Source of the DNA: a virus
Reading direction: 5' to 3' (one strand)
DNA: 41,638 bases
UHGV virus genome: UHGV-0109010
The notes under the pieces are model-generated. The model ran no database searches and was not told the origin of the DNA. It worked only from the letters and a program-made list of their open reading frames with translations. The translations under genes were made by a program, and so were the position numbers. Within the stretch, counting starts at the first letter, position 1. Every line of letters begins with the position of its first letter. Of this stretch, positions 8,900 through 18,489 are shown one piece after another.

Positions 8900-9597
8900 A
8901 AAACATCGCCGCACAGATGGTTAACTTTGACCGTGAGCAGATGCGTCGGATCGCCAACAACATGCCGGAACAGTACGACGAAAAGCCGCAGGTACAGCAG
9001 GTAGCGCAGATCATCAACGGTGTGTTCAGCCAGTTACTGGCAACTTTCCCGGCGAGCCTGGCTAACCGTGACCAGAATGAACTGAACGAAATCCGCCGCC
9101 AGTGGGTGCTGGCTTTTCGGGAAAACGGGATCACCACAATGGAACAGGTTAACGCTGGAATGCGCGTAGCCCGTCGGCAGAATCGACCATTCCTGCCATC
9201 ACCCGGGCAGTTTGTCGCCTGGTGCCGGGAAGAAGCATCCGTTACCGCCGGGCTGCCAAACGCCAGCGAGCTGGTTGATATGGTTTACGAGTATTGCCGG
9301 AAGCGCGGGCTGTATCCGGATGCAGAGTCTTATCCGTGGAAATCAAACGCGCACTACTGGCTGGTTACCAACCTGTATCAGAACATGCGGGCCAATGCGT
9401 TGACTGACGCGGAATTACGGCGCAAGGCTGCCGATGAACTGTCCTGTATGACCGCACGAATTAACCGTGGTGAGGCTATACCTGAACCAGTAAAACAACT
9501 TCCTGTCATGGGCGGTAGACCTCTAAATCGTGCACAGGCTCTGGCGAAGATCGCAGAAATCAAAGCTAAGTTTGGGCTGAAAGGAGCAAGGGTATGA
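8896..9597 (+). CDS. P: Replication protein P (DnaB helicase loader), 233 aa
   Basis: Translation MKNIAAQMVNFDREQMRRIANNMPEQYDEKPQVQQVAQIINGVF... matches lambda P. Confidence 0.93.
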   Translation: MKNIAAQMVNFDREQMRRIANNMPEQYDEKPQVQQVAQIINGVFSQLLATFPASLANRDQNELNEIRRQWVLAFRENGITTMEQVNAGMRVARRQNRPFLPSPGQFVAWCREEASVTAGLPNASELVDMVYEYCRKRGLYPDAESYPWKSNAHYWLVTNLYQNMRANALTDAELRRKAADELSCMTARINRGEAIPEPVKQLPVMGGRPLNRAQALAKIAEIKAKFGLKGARV

Positions 9598-9896
9598 CGG
9601 GCAAAGAGGCAATTATTCATTACCTGGGGACTCATAAGAAATTCTGTGCGCAGGACGTTGCCGCGGTAACAGGCGCAACGGTAACCAGCATAAATCAGGC
9701 TGCGGCTAAAATGGCACGGGCAGGTCTTCTGGCTATCGAAGGTAAGGTCTGGCGAACGGTGTATTACCGGTTTGCTACCAGAGAAGAACGGGAAGGAAAG
9801 GTGAGCACGAATCTGATTTTTAAGGAGTGTCGCCAGAGTGCCGCGATGAAACGGGTATTGAGGGTATATAAAAGAACATCAATGGGTACACAATGA
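9594..9896 (+). CDS. ren: Ren (Rex-exclusion) protein
   Basis: Translation MTGKEAIIHYLGTH...TSINQAAAKMARAG...VWRTVYYRFATREEREGK matches lambda Ren. Confidence 0.88.
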   Translation: MTGKEAIIHYLGTHKKFCAQDVAAVTGATVTSINQAAAKMARAGLLAIEGKVWRTVYYRFATREEREGKVSTNLIFKECRQSAAMKRVLRVYKRTSMGTQ

Positions 9897-9963
9897 TGAA
9901 ACAGGTGAGTTGAGTTCAAACTGTAGTACAATTCTCTCCAGTTTGAACAGGAAAGAATATTCT

Positions 9964-10296
9964 ATGAACCCTTATATTTATCTTGGTGGTGCAATACTTG
10001 CAGAGGTCATTGGTACAACCTTAATGAAGTTTTCAGAAGGTTTTACACGGTTATGGCCATCTGTTGGTACAATTATTTGTTATTGTGCATCATTCTGGTT
10101 ATTAGCTCAGACGCTGGCTTATATTCCTACAGGGATTGCTTATGCTATCTGGTCAGGAGTCGGTATTGTCCTGATTAGCTTACTGTCATGGGGACTTTTC
10201 GGCCAACGGCTGGACCTGCCAGCCATTATAGGCATGATGTTGATTTGTGCCGGTGTGTTGGTTATTAATTTATTGTCACGAAGCACACCACATTAA
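9964..10296 (+). CDS. emrE: SMR-family multidrug efflux transporter EmrE (110 aa from MNPYIYL...)
   Basis: Translation MNPYIYLGGAILAEVIGTTLMKFSEGFTRLWPSVGTIICYCASFWLLAQTLAYIPTGIAYAIWSGVGIV matches E. coli EmrE. Confidence 0.92.
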   Translation: MNPYIYLGGAILAEVIGTTLMKFSEGFTRLWPSVGTIICYCASFWLLAQTLAYIPTGIAYAIWSGVGIVLISLLSWGLFGQRLDLPAIIGMMLICAGVLVINLLSRSTPH

Positions 10297-10327
10297 AAAT
10301 AATTTGTTTCTAAACGACTAAAATATG

Positions 10328-10362
10328 GAGGCTCTTATATTTATATGAGCCTCGTTTTATGC
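10328..10362 (+). terminator. Rho-independent terminator after emrE
   Basis: GAGGCTC-loop-GAGCCTC stem followed by GTTTTATGCTTTTT. Confidence 0.55.
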
Positions 10363-10552
10363 TTTTTGTTAATGTCTTTATTTTTTTATGTATTCTTTTG
10401 TGCTTTCAAGATTATGGCGTAAGAAAATTGCAATACGATTATTGTTGTATATTCAAGATAATGTGACCTTAATTGTCTTTTTAAATAAAAATTAAACAAA
10501 AATTATATCCCACCACTAAGGTTTATAAAAGCATACGTTAGCAGGTGTCACC

Positions 10553-12079
10553 ATGAAAAAAGCCATAGCATATATGCGATTTTCATCACCAGGTCAGATG
10601 TCTGGCGACTCATTAAACCGACAGAGAAGACTTATTGCTGAATGGTTAAAGGTAAATAGTGATTATTATCTTGATACCATAACATATGAAGATTTAGGAT
10701 TAAGTGCATTCAAAGGAAAGCATGCACAATCAGGAGCTTTTTCGGAATTTTTAGATGCTATAGAGCATGGTTATATATTGCCAGGAACTACATTGTTAGT
10801 TGAAAGTCTGGACAGACTTTCAAGAGAAAAAGTCGGTGAAGCGATTGAACGTCTGAAATTGATTTTGAATCACGGTATTGATGTTATAACTCTTTGCGAC
10901 AATACAGTCTATAATATTGACTCTTTGAATGAGCCATATTCATTAATAAAAGCCATACTTATAGCACAAAGGGCAAATGAAGAAAGCGAGATAAAGTCAA
11001 GTCGGGTTAAATTATCATGGAAGAAAAAACGGCAGGATGCACTGGAATCAGGTACGATTATGACGGCGTCTTGTCCGAGATGGCTCTCCTTAGATGACAA
11101 AAGAACGGCTTTTGTTCCAGACCCCGACAGGGTGAAAACTATTGAGCTAATTTTTAAACTCAGGATGGAAAGGCGCTCATTGAATGCAATAGCCAAGTAT
11201 TTAAATGATCATGCTGTAAAGAATTTCTCAGGAAAAGAAAGTGCATGGGGACCTTCTGTAATTGAAAAATTATTAGCGAATAAAGCTCTGATAGGTATAT
11301 GCGTACCTTCATATCGTGCAAGAGGTAAAGGAATAAGTGAAATCGCTGGCTATTATCCCAGAGTCATATCAGATGATTTGTTTTACGCTGTACAGGAAAT
11401 TCGGTTGGCACCTTTTGGTATTAGCAATAGTAGCAAAAATCCTATGTTGATAAATCTACTTCGAACAGTTATGAAGTGCGAGGCTTGTGGTAATACCATG
11501 ATTGTTCATGCGGTATCTGGAAGTTTGCATGGCTATTATGTTTGTCCGATGAGAAGACTGCATCGATGTGACAGGCCATCAATAAAGAGAGATTTGGTTG
11601 ATTATAATATCATTAATGAGTTGCTTTTTAATTGTAGTAAAATCCAACCAGTTGAAAACAAGAAAGATGCTAATGAAACTTTAGAGTTGAAAATTATTGA
11701 GCTCCAGATGAAAATTAATAATTTAATTGCTGCATTATCTGTTGCGCCTGAAGTTACCGCTATAGCAGAAAAAATCAGAGTATTAGATAAGGAATTACGA
11801 AGGGCTTCTGTATCATTAAAAACTTTGAAGAGTAAAGCGGTGAGTTCACTTGGTGATTTTCATGCTATTGACTTAACCAGTAAAAATGGGCGAGAGCTAT
11901 GTCGTACACTTGCCTATAAAACATTCGAAAAAATCATAATCAATACAGATAATAAAACCTGTGATATCTATTTTATGAATGGCATTGTTTTTAAACACTA
12001 TCCTTTAATGAAAACAATATCCGCCCAGCAGGCGATAAGTACTCTCAAATATATGGTTGATGGTGAGGTTTATTTTTGA
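10553..12079 (+). CDS. ybcK: Large serine recombinase (resolvase domain + recombinase domain + zinc ribbon; YbcK-like, 508 aa)
   Basis: N-terminal resolvase-type motif (AIAYMRFSSPGQ...SLNRQ), Cys cluster CEACGN...CPMRRLHRC, C-terminal coiled coil; AT-rich codon usage; same position as ybcK in DLP12. Confidence 0.8.
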   Translation: MKKAIAYMRFSSPGQMSGDSLNRQRRLIAEWLKVNSDYYLDTITYEDLGLSAFKGKHAQSGAFSEFLDAIEHGYILPGTTLLVESLDRLSREKVGEAIERLKLILNHGIDVITLCDNTVYNIDSLNEPYSLIKAILIAQRANEESEIKSSRVKLSWKKKRQDALESGTIMTASCPRWLSLDDKRTAFVPDPDRVKTIELIFKLRMERRSLNAIAKYLNDHAVKNFSGKESAWGPSVIEKLLANKALIGICVPSYRARGKGISEIAGYYPRVISDDLFYAVQEIRLAPFGISNSSKNPMLINLLRTVMKCEACGNTMIVHAVSGSLHGYYVCPMRRLHRCDRPSIKRDLVDYNIINELLFNCSKIQPVENKKDANETLELKIIELQMKINNLIAALSVAPEVTAIAEKIRVLDKELRRASVSLKTLKSKAVSSLGDFHAIDLTSKNGRELCRTLAYKTFEKIIINTDNKTCDIYFMNGIVFKHYPLMKTISAQQAISTLKYMVDGEVYF

Positions 12080-12190
12080 GTAATAATCACTTTTTCAACC
12101 GTGCTATAGTAAGAAAGTTAGGTAAGTACAATAAAATTATCTATCCTGAACGAAGCGTCCTGAGCTATGGTTTTACTATAGAGACTGCCA

Positions 12191-12514
12191 ATGGATGCTG
12201 GCGTTCTCGTTCTAGCAGTTCAACAATACCCAATCACAAAACAATTCACTGATAACGAACTTTGCACACTCGCCTGGTTATGGCGAGCAGGGAATGTGAT
12301 GTTAATTACCTACCAGAACGTTACTCCTCTTCTTCAGGTTGCGGAGCATCGTGAAGCTGGTCGCTTCACTTCTATCGAGCAAGAATATCCCCAGATACTC
12401 AATAAGGCACAGGCAATCCTTGCCAGAGAAACGGCACATGTAAAATTCCGGCCGTGGCAGGATGATAAGTGGAGTCGAGTTTTGCCGCATTTACGTTCGG
12501 ATCGATTACAGTAG
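12191..12514 (+). CDS. Hypothetical protein (107 aa), unknown function
   Basis: ORF only; weak RBS; no recognisable family; may be a gene remnant. Confidence 0.3.
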   Translation: MDAGVLVLAVQQYPITKQFTDNELCTLAWLWRAGNVMLITYQNVTPLLQVAEHREAGRFTSIEQEYPQILNKAQAILARETAHVKFRPWQDDKWSRVLPHLRSDRLQ

Positions 12515-12975
12515 ATTCCAATTAACAATGAGAAACACATAGCCACCCCGTGGTATTGAAACCATATAATGTTGGATTTGAAAACAGATCTTTTTCCATG
12601 TATTAATAACTACATCCCCGCGAGTGATTCAAAAAGGAGGGCCCAATTTTGTCCGAGTTTTTGTATTCCCCCGCATGCCGCTGCGGAGCACTACATCTGA
12701 GTGTCTGACTAGGGGATAAAATTAGACTGGATAGTGAGAAGAAAGTGGCGTGCTAGGCTGTGCCGAGTGCTACCAGTACACCCTGGGGGTGTGCAGCTTT
12801 CGCCGAGACTGTAGTGGGTATCGGTTAATGCACGAAAAACCGAGAGGTCAGACAACCAATTTGCCGTAGGATTGTTTCCGGTGCGATACCGGTGTACTAA
12901 CTGAAAGCAATGCGAAAAAGCATAAACTCGGTCCTTCAGTCGCCCTACACACTATTTACTAAGAAGGGCTAAAGC
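12515..12975. ncRNA. Candidate structured non-coding region (GC-rich island with multiple short hairpins inside AT-rich cargo)
   Basis: No ORF of 60 aa or more; local GC visibly higher than flanks; hairpins such as ACACCC-TGG-GGGTGT and CCGG-TGCGATA-CCGG; no tRNA T-loop. Confidence 0.3.
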
Positions 12976-13332
12976 ATGGATACAATTATCACATGGATGG
13001 GAGATCGTCTGTTGGGGTGGATAACAAACAAATCCGATCTGCGGCAGAGGGCAATCACTGGATTAACTCCTGCGATTTATTCAACAATTTTATATACTGA
13101 AAAATTAAAACGTGGTGAGCCTAATAACCCAAACGAAGAAGAAAAACTTTATAGACTTTGGTATGAAGCGTCTTCCCAAGTCGTAGACTTTGATCGAGAG
13201 CTGGCTAAAAGATGTTTAGATAAATCAGAATATTGGCTTCATTCTGAATTATATAGCCCTGAGAAAGTTGGAGAGCTAAACATTTCTTTGGTTGGTATGA
13301 AGGCAACGCTTGAAGGAATAAAGCACAATTAA
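12976..13332 (+). CDS. Hypothetical protein (118 aa), unknown function
   Basis: ORF with purine-rich RBS (AAGAAGGG); AT-rich codon usage; no recognisable family. Confidence 0.45.
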   Translation: MDTIITWMGDRLLGWITNKSDLRQRAITGLTPAIYSTILYTEKLKRGEPNNPNEEEKLYRLWYEASSQVVDFDRELAKRCLDKSEYWLHSELYSPEKVGELNISLVGMKATLEGIKHN

Positions 13333-13519
13333 AACCTTTGATTTGCGATAATCAACTCGCCATAATCATGTCATCGGAGCCTGAACAACTCCGGTGACTT
13401 CTGCGCTAAACGGGGACGTTTATGCGCACACACAATCCAAACTCTCTTCTCCCTCCACAGATGCAGAAATGCACCTGCGATATATTGTATCCAGCGTTTG
13501 ACCTCTGCGGAGGTGAAGC

Positions 13520-13975
13520 GTGAATCTCCCACAAGATGGCATCAAATTACATCGCGGTAACTTCACCGCTATCGGTCGGCAGATCCAGCCTTATCTGGAG
13601 GAGGGCAAATGCTTTCGCATGGTGCTTAAACCGTGGCGTGAGAAACGCAGTCTTTCCCAGAATGCACTCAGCCACATGTGGTACAGCGAAATCAGTGAAT
13701 ACCTCATCAGCAGGGGTAAAACGTTCGCTACTCCAGCTTGGGTAAAAGATGCTCTCAAACACACATATCTCGGTTATGAAACCAAAGACCTGGTTGATGT
13801 CGTAACCGGTGATATCACCACTATCCAGTCGTTACGCCATACCTCCGATCTTGATACCGGAGAGATGTATGTCTTCCTGTGTAAGGTTGAAGCCTGGGCG
13901 GTGAATATTGGCTGCCACCTGACTATTCCGCAGAGCTGCGAGTTCCAGCTGCTCCGCGACAAGCAGGAGGCGTAA
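13520..13975 (+). CDS. ybcN: NinB/Orf-family recombination protein (YbcN-like), GTG start
   Basis: 151 aa; RSLSQN motif parallels lambda NinB RSLDQN; GGAGG SD; first gene of nin operon. Confidence 0.75.
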   Translation: MNLPQDGIKLHRGNFTAIGRQIQPYLEEGKCFRMVLKPWREKRSLSQNALSHMWYSEISEYLISRGKTFATPAWVKDALKHTYLGYETKDLVDVVTGDITTIQSLRHTSDLDTGEMYVFLCKVEAWAVNIGCHLTIPQSCEFQLLRDKQEA

Positions 13976-14145
13976 TGGCTACACCGCTTATTCGTGTCAT
14001 GAACGGACACATCTACAGAGTACCAGATCGTCGTAAGCGTAAACCGGAGCTGAAGCCTTCCGAAATACCAACACTGCTCGGATATACCGCCAGCCTGGTT
14101 GATAAAAAATGGTTGCGACTGGCAGCAAGGAGGAATCATGGCTGA
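13975..14145 (+). CDS. ninE: NinE (56 aa)
   Basis: Manual translation [56 protein letters not shown] matches lambda NinE as recalled; below the 60-aa ORF-track cutoff. Confidence 0.75.
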   Translation: MATPLIRVMNGHIYRVPDRRKRKPELKPSEIPTLLGYTASLVDKKWLRLAARRNHG

Positions 14146-14428
14146 TTTGAGAAAAGCAGCGCGTAGTCGGGAATGCCAGGTAAGAATCCCTGGCGTATGT
14201 AATGGCAACCCTGAAACGTCTGTACTGGCACATATCCGGCTGACTGGATTGTGCGGCACCGGTACCAAACCGCCAGACCTGATTGCCACCATTGCATGTT
14301 CTGCCTGCCACGACGAAATCGACCGCCGCACACATTTTGTCGATGCTGCATATGCAAAAGAATGCGCGCTGGAAGGTATGGCGAGAACACAGGTTATCTG
14401 GCTGAAAGAGGGGGTTATTAAGGCGTGA
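14138..14428 (+). CDS. ybcO: YbcO-like nin-region protein (DUF1364, putative nuclease), 96 aa from [10 protein letters not shown]
   Basis: Cys-rich translation matches DLP12 YbcO as recalled; SD AGGAGG. Confidence 0.75.
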   Translation: MADLRKAARSRECQVRIPGVCNGNPETSVLAHIRLTGLCGTGTKPPDLIATIACSACHDEIDRRTHFVDAAYAKECALEGMARTQVIWLKEGVIKA

Positions 14429-14787
14429 ATACCTACAGCATCACATTACCCTGGCCTCCGAGCAATAATCGCTATTACCGCCATAATCGCGGGCGCACGC
14501 ACGTCAGCGCAGAGGGGCAGGCATACCGCGATAACGTCGCCCGAATCATTAAAAACGCAATGCTGGATATCGGCCTGGCTATGCCTGTGAAAATCCGCAT
14601 TGAGTGCCACATGCCGGATCGCCGTCGCCGTGACCTGGATAATCTGCAAAAAGCCGCTTTTGACGCACTCACTAAAGCAGGTTTCTGGCTGGATGATGCT
14701 CAGGTCGTTGATTACCGCGTTGTGAAGATGCCTGTTACCAAAGGTGGGAGGCTGGAACTGACCATCACCGAAATGGGGAATGAATGA
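14425..14787 (+). CDS. rusA: Holliday-junction resolvase RusA (120 aa)
   Basis: Translation [42 protein letters not shown]... matches E. coli RusA. Confidence 0.92.
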   Translation: MNTYSITLPWPPSNNRYYRHNRGRTHVSAEGQAYRDNVARIIKNAMLDIGLAMPVKIRIECHMPDRRRRDLDNLQKAAFDALTKAGFWLDDAQVVDYRVVKMPVTKGGRLELTITEMGNE

Positions 14788-14924
14788 TGTTTGAGTTTTA
14801 TATGGCAGAACGTCTTCGCCACCGCTGGGGGCGTCTGCGCTTATATCGTTTCCCCGGTTCTGTTTTGACCGATTACCGAATACTGAAGAATTACGCCAAA
14901 ACCCTGACAGGAGCAGGAGTATGA
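14784..14924 (+). CDS. ylcG: YlcG-like small protein (46 aa)
   Basis: Manual translation [46 protein letters not shown]; overlaps rusA stop (ATGA). Confidence 0.6.
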   Translation: MMFEFYMAERLRHRWGRLRLYRFPGSVLTDYRILKNYAKTLTGAGV

Positions 14925-15009
14925 AGTCAGAGATAACAATCAACTAATACTGTTTCGTTGATTTTTGCTTGTAATTGGCGTTCTGGTCTGATTTTTGTGG
15001 AGTAAGTTG

Positions 15010-15387
15010 ATGCGTGATATTCAGATGGTTCTTGAGCGTTGGGGAGCGTGGGCGGCTAATAATCATGAAGATGTGACCTGGTCGTCCATTGCCGCCGGTT
15101 TTAAGGGATTAATTACTTCAAAAGTAAAATCTCGCCCACAATGTTGTGACGATGACGCGATGATCATTTGCGGGTGCATGGCCCGTCTGAAAAAGAACAA
15201 CAGCGATTTGCATGATTTATTGGTGGACTATTATGTCGGCGGCATGACTTTTATGGCGCTTGCACGTAAGCATGGGCGATCTGATTGTTGGGTTGGCAGG
15301 ATGCTTCAGAAAGCTGAGGGCGTAGTGGAGGGTATGCTGATGGTGTTGGATCTCCGATTGGAGATGGATGCTGATTGTTCGAAATAA
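15010..15387 (+). CDS. quuD: Late-gene antiterminator Q (phage 82 / QuuD type)
   Basis: Translation [34 protein letters not shown]...[18 protein letters not shown] matches DLP12 QuuD. Confidence 0.88.
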   Translation: MRDIQMVLERWGAWAANNHEDVTWSSIAAGFKGLITSKVKSRPQCCDDDAMIICGCMARLKKNNSDLHDLLVDYYVGGMTFMALARKHGRSDCWVGRMLQKAEGVVEGMLMVLDLRLEMDADCSK

Positions 15388-15485
15388 TTAAAGGAAAAGT
15401 TGCTGTCTGATTGTCATTAGTCTAACATTTTAAATGTTGGAATCGCAACGTAGTTATTATCATATAACAGCTTGTTTCCTGATTT

Positions 15486-15515
15486 AGCCAGCCTCCCCAA
15501 AGGCTGGTTTTTTTC
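15486..15515 (+). terminator. Rho-independent terminator, probable tR' ending the short pR' transcript
   Basis: CCAGCCT-CCCCAA-AGGCTGG followed by TTTTTTT, about 100 nt downstream of Q stop. Confidence 0.65.
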
Positions 15516-15542
15516 TAATAAGTATTATTTCGGGTAGGGATT

Positions 15543-16067
15543 TTATTGTTTAACCCATAATAATTCATTGACATTGAATCCCAACTTTTGAGCGGTTCGC
15601 ACATAGTCTGCTTTTACTTTATCTGGAATAGTTGGGGTCCTTGCCAGAATCCATAGGTATTCTCTGTTCGGACCACTGACAAGAGCATACTTATACTCAT
15701 CATCCAGTTTGATTACATTATAGCCACCATAGAAGGGGCCAAAAAACGAAACCTTCAATGCTGCAGTTTTAGTATCTCCAGTAAAGTATGCTTTACCTTC
15801 GCTCTCGCTCCATTTATTTTTCGTTGGATCGTATCCACGGTTAAGTACACGAATCCCTCCGTCGTTCCGTTTTCCATAAGTAGCGCTGACCTGTTCCAGA
15901 CCACGTTCGAACCGGTTCTCGAGGCGAGCTATTTCATACCATTTTCCGAGGTAGCGGTTGGCGTCAAAATTTGTAATCGGCTGCACACCTTTAGGTGGTG
16001 TCGGGGCCTTACATGCTATAAGAGTGAAAGAGAGTGCAATGCCAGTCAACACAGGCCATAACTTCAT
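15543..16067 (-). CDS. Outer-membrane lipocalin lipoprotein (Blc-like), lipobox LIAC
   Basis: Signal peptide with lipobox; motifs NFDxxRYLGxWYEIAR and KVSFFGPFYGGYNVI parallel E. coli Blc but the sequence is diverged. Confidence 0.8.
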   Translation of the reverse strand: MKLWPVLTGIALSFTLIACKAPTPPKGVQPITNFDANRYLGKWYEIARLENRFERGLEQVSATYGKRNDGGIRVLNRGYDPTKNKWSESEGKAYFTGDTKTAALKVSFFGPFYGGYNVIKLDDEYKYALVSGPNREYLWILARTPTIPDKVKADYVRTAQKLGFNVNELLWVKQ

Positions 16068-16259
16068 AATAAATCCTGTACTTTTGATAGTTGAGAGTAA
16101 GTATGAAAGATAGATGATTACGACCGATCACTTAAAGAACTTTCATACTATATTAGGAATAGTCCATAACAGAAAAATTGTCAGTGATGACGCCAGAAAG
16201 GCAATTTATTCCGTGCACTACACAGTTTATGTGTTAATGAATTAGTCAAGGGGGAGAAT

Positions 16260-17219
16260 ATGATAAAAAAACCTGTGATTGGAATCAGCGGTTGTTTGGC
16301 CGGTTCTGCTGTTCGTTTTGATGGTGGTCACAAAAGAGCTGACTTTTTAATGGACAAATTAGTGGAATGGGTAACATTCAGACCAGTATGTCCGGAAATG
16401 GCTATAGGGCTGCCAGTTCCGCGTCCTGCTCTACGTCTTGTGCGCTCGACGCAAGGAAATATACGGATGTGTTTCAGCCACGACCAGAATGAGGATGTGA
16501 CAGAGAGAATGACAGAGTTTAGTCGTTCTTATATGGACAAATTAAAGGATGTATCGGGGTTTGTGGTTTGTGCTAAATCTCCCAGCTGTGGCATGGAGCG
16601 CGTGCGTGTCTATGATGAAAATGGTAATCGAGGTCGTAAAGATGGAGTGGGACTATTTACGAGCACTTTGATGGAAAAGTTTTCCTGGCTACCGGTTGAA
16701 GAGGATGGGCGATTACATGATCCAGTGCTTCGTGAGAATTTTGTTGAAAGAGTTTTTGCTTTGCATGAGCTCAATCACCTTTACAAGGAGAAATTATCAA
16801 GAAGAGAGTTATTAGCTTTTCATAGTCGTTATAAGCTTCAGTTGTTGGCGCATAGTCAGGCAGGCTATAAAGATATGGGACCATTTGTGGCTGCAATACA
16901 CGAGTGGGCGGACCTTGAATCATACTTTGAGGTGTATCGTGATAAGCTGATGGCGATTCTCAGAAAACCTGCATCACGTAAAAATCACACGAATGTGCTG
17001 ATGCATATACAGGGGTATTTTAGTAACTACTTAAGTACACGCCAGCGTAAAGAGTTGAGCGAGGTTATACTTAACTATCGTTCTGGCACATTACCTCTTC
17101 TTGCGCCGTTGACTCTGCTGAAGCATTATCTGGGTGAGTATCCTAATGATTACTTGCTTACACAGAATTACTTCGATCCCTATCCGGACGAACTGGCTCT
17201 AAGACTGATGGTAAATTAA
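16260..17219 (+). CDS. DUF523 (TudS-like Fe-S desulfidase) / DUF1722 fusion protein, YbgA/RudS-like
   Basis: N-terminal GISGCLAG...RPVCPEM...CAKSPSCG Cys pattern typical of DUF523; longer C-terminal helical domain; family assignment from memory. Confidence 0.6.
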   Translation: MIKKPVIGISGCLAGSAVRFDGGHKRADFLMDKLVEWVTFRPVCPEMAIGLPVPRPALRLVRSTQGNIRMCFSHDQNEDVTERMTEFSRSYMDKLKDVSGFVVCAKSPSCGMERVRVYDENGNRGRKDGVGLFTSTLMEKFSWLPVEEDGRLHDPVLRENFVERVFALHELNHLYKEKLSRRELLAFHSRYKLQLLAHSQAGYKDMGPFVAAIHEWADLESYFEVYRDKLMAILRKPASRKNHTNVLMHIQGYFSNYLSTRQRKELSEVILNYRSGTLPLLAPLTLLKHYLGEYPNDYLLTQNYFDPYPDELALRLMVN

Positions 17220-17561
17220 TTGTATGCGATATCATCCAAAAGGATGAGTTCCTGCATGCAGGATATTTACAATCGTAAAAACTACACTATGATACCCAGA
17301 GTGTCAGTTTGTATAAAAACTCTGTTTACGCTGAAGAAACAATTGAGATGCAACTTAAAGTTAGTAAACATGCCAGTCAAAATATATAATATTATGATTC
17401 CACGCAGCTATATATAATATAACAGATTGGTTTAATAATTTGTCTTTGTGAGTTAAATACATAATTTTATACTTGTGATGCAATGAAATTTTCCTTATTG
17501 TTGAACTGGCGAATATTGATTTTCCACCTATACTTACCTGGTGTAACCCCAATGATATCAG

Positions 17562-18302
17562 GTGGATAATATGCTATACATATGTTCTATCATTTTGGTG
17601 TTGAACTCGTTTGATGTCCGAATTGGTAAAGAAGATATTTTGTTTAAAAAAGGAAGTGCTGTTCTCATTGATTACAATTTAAAAGATTTTTTTTCATCAA
17701 ATATAGATCATGTAATGATCGTAGATGTTGAAGAAAAAACAGTTAATGATTTCTTTAAAAGCAACACACTCTCACCTTTTTCTGTAAGAAGGTTTTATCC
17801 GGCATACTTGATGGTGGAATGTGAAGATTTTTCATTGTTAAAGAACTTGATTGCATGCTTGAATTGTGATGGCAGAACTGTGGATTTTGTTAGAAATCAA
17901 ATATCACTTGCATGTCTTGCTATCTTATCTTCAGAGAAAATAGTGCAAAGTTTTTTATTTGGATGTCTTAATAGTTTAGGAAGTAAAGTTAAGGCTATTA
18001 TTCACACGGATATATCTGCAGCATGGAGACTTTGTGATATATCTTCAAGACTGTATCTGAGTGAAAGTCTGTTAAAAAGAAAATTAAAGCACGAAGGCTT
18101 ATCATTTAGTAAGTTAATTCTTGAAGAGCGAATGGTGATGGCGGAAAGGTTATTAAGCTACAATTTATATTCTGTTGGAAAAGTTGCTGAGATATGCAGT
18201 TATGAAAACACGTCATATTTTGTAAGTGTTTTCAGAAGGTATTTTGGTGTTCCTCCCCATCAATATTCATCAAGATTTTTTTTAGAAAAAGACATGATGT
18301 AA
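17562..18302 (+). CDS. AraC/XylS-family transcriptional regulator, AppY/EnvY-like (alternative ATG start at 17571)
   Basis: C-terminal double-HTH AraC signature (KVAEICSYENTSYFVSVFRRYFGVPPHQY); N-terminus resembles AppY; AT-rich gene and upstream region. Confidence 0.8.
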   Translation: MDNMLYICSIILVLNSFDVRIGKEDILFKKGSAVLIDYNLKDFFSSNIDHVMIVDVEEKTVNDFFKSNTLSPFSVRRFYPAYLMVECEDFSLLKNLIACLNCDGRTVDFVRNQISLACLAILSSEKIVQSFLFGCLNSLGSKVKAIIHTDISAAWRLCDISSRLYLSESLLKRKLKHEGLSFSKLILEERMVMAERLLSYNLYSVGKVAEICSYENTSYFVSVFRRYFGVPPHQYSSRFFLEKDMM

Positions 18303-18489
18303 CGTGATGCGTTTTAATGATTTTGTAATTTTCGTATTTGATAATTGTATGATGCTTTCAGCTACGCCAGAATAATCGCGGCGTTTTTCTTTTTGAATAG
18401 ATGTTCAAGCCTTACGCTAATGTAACTTCTATACCTTTCCTCTTCGTTCCGAACCGTGTACACCATCCGTTATTTGCGGAGGTGAGGCT

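Noticed and set aside
12515-12975. Possible tRNA, tmRNA, retron msr/msd or type III toxin-antitoxin repeat array in the GC-rich intergenic stretch
   Set aside because: No GTTCRANYC T-loop or acceptor pairing, no tandem repeats, and no adjacent reverse transcriptase or ToxN-like gene; kept only as a generic candidate structured RNA.
14099-14137. Longer N-terminal extension of ybcO in the ORF track
   Set aside because: The extension starts at a non-ATG codon and overlaps ninE; the ATG at 14138 with an AGGAGG SD matches the YbcO N-terminus.
13774-14331. 185-aa minus-strand ORF across the ybcN/ninE/ybcO region
   Set aside because: Antisense to three well-supported nin genes; no RBS; coding is on the plus strand here.
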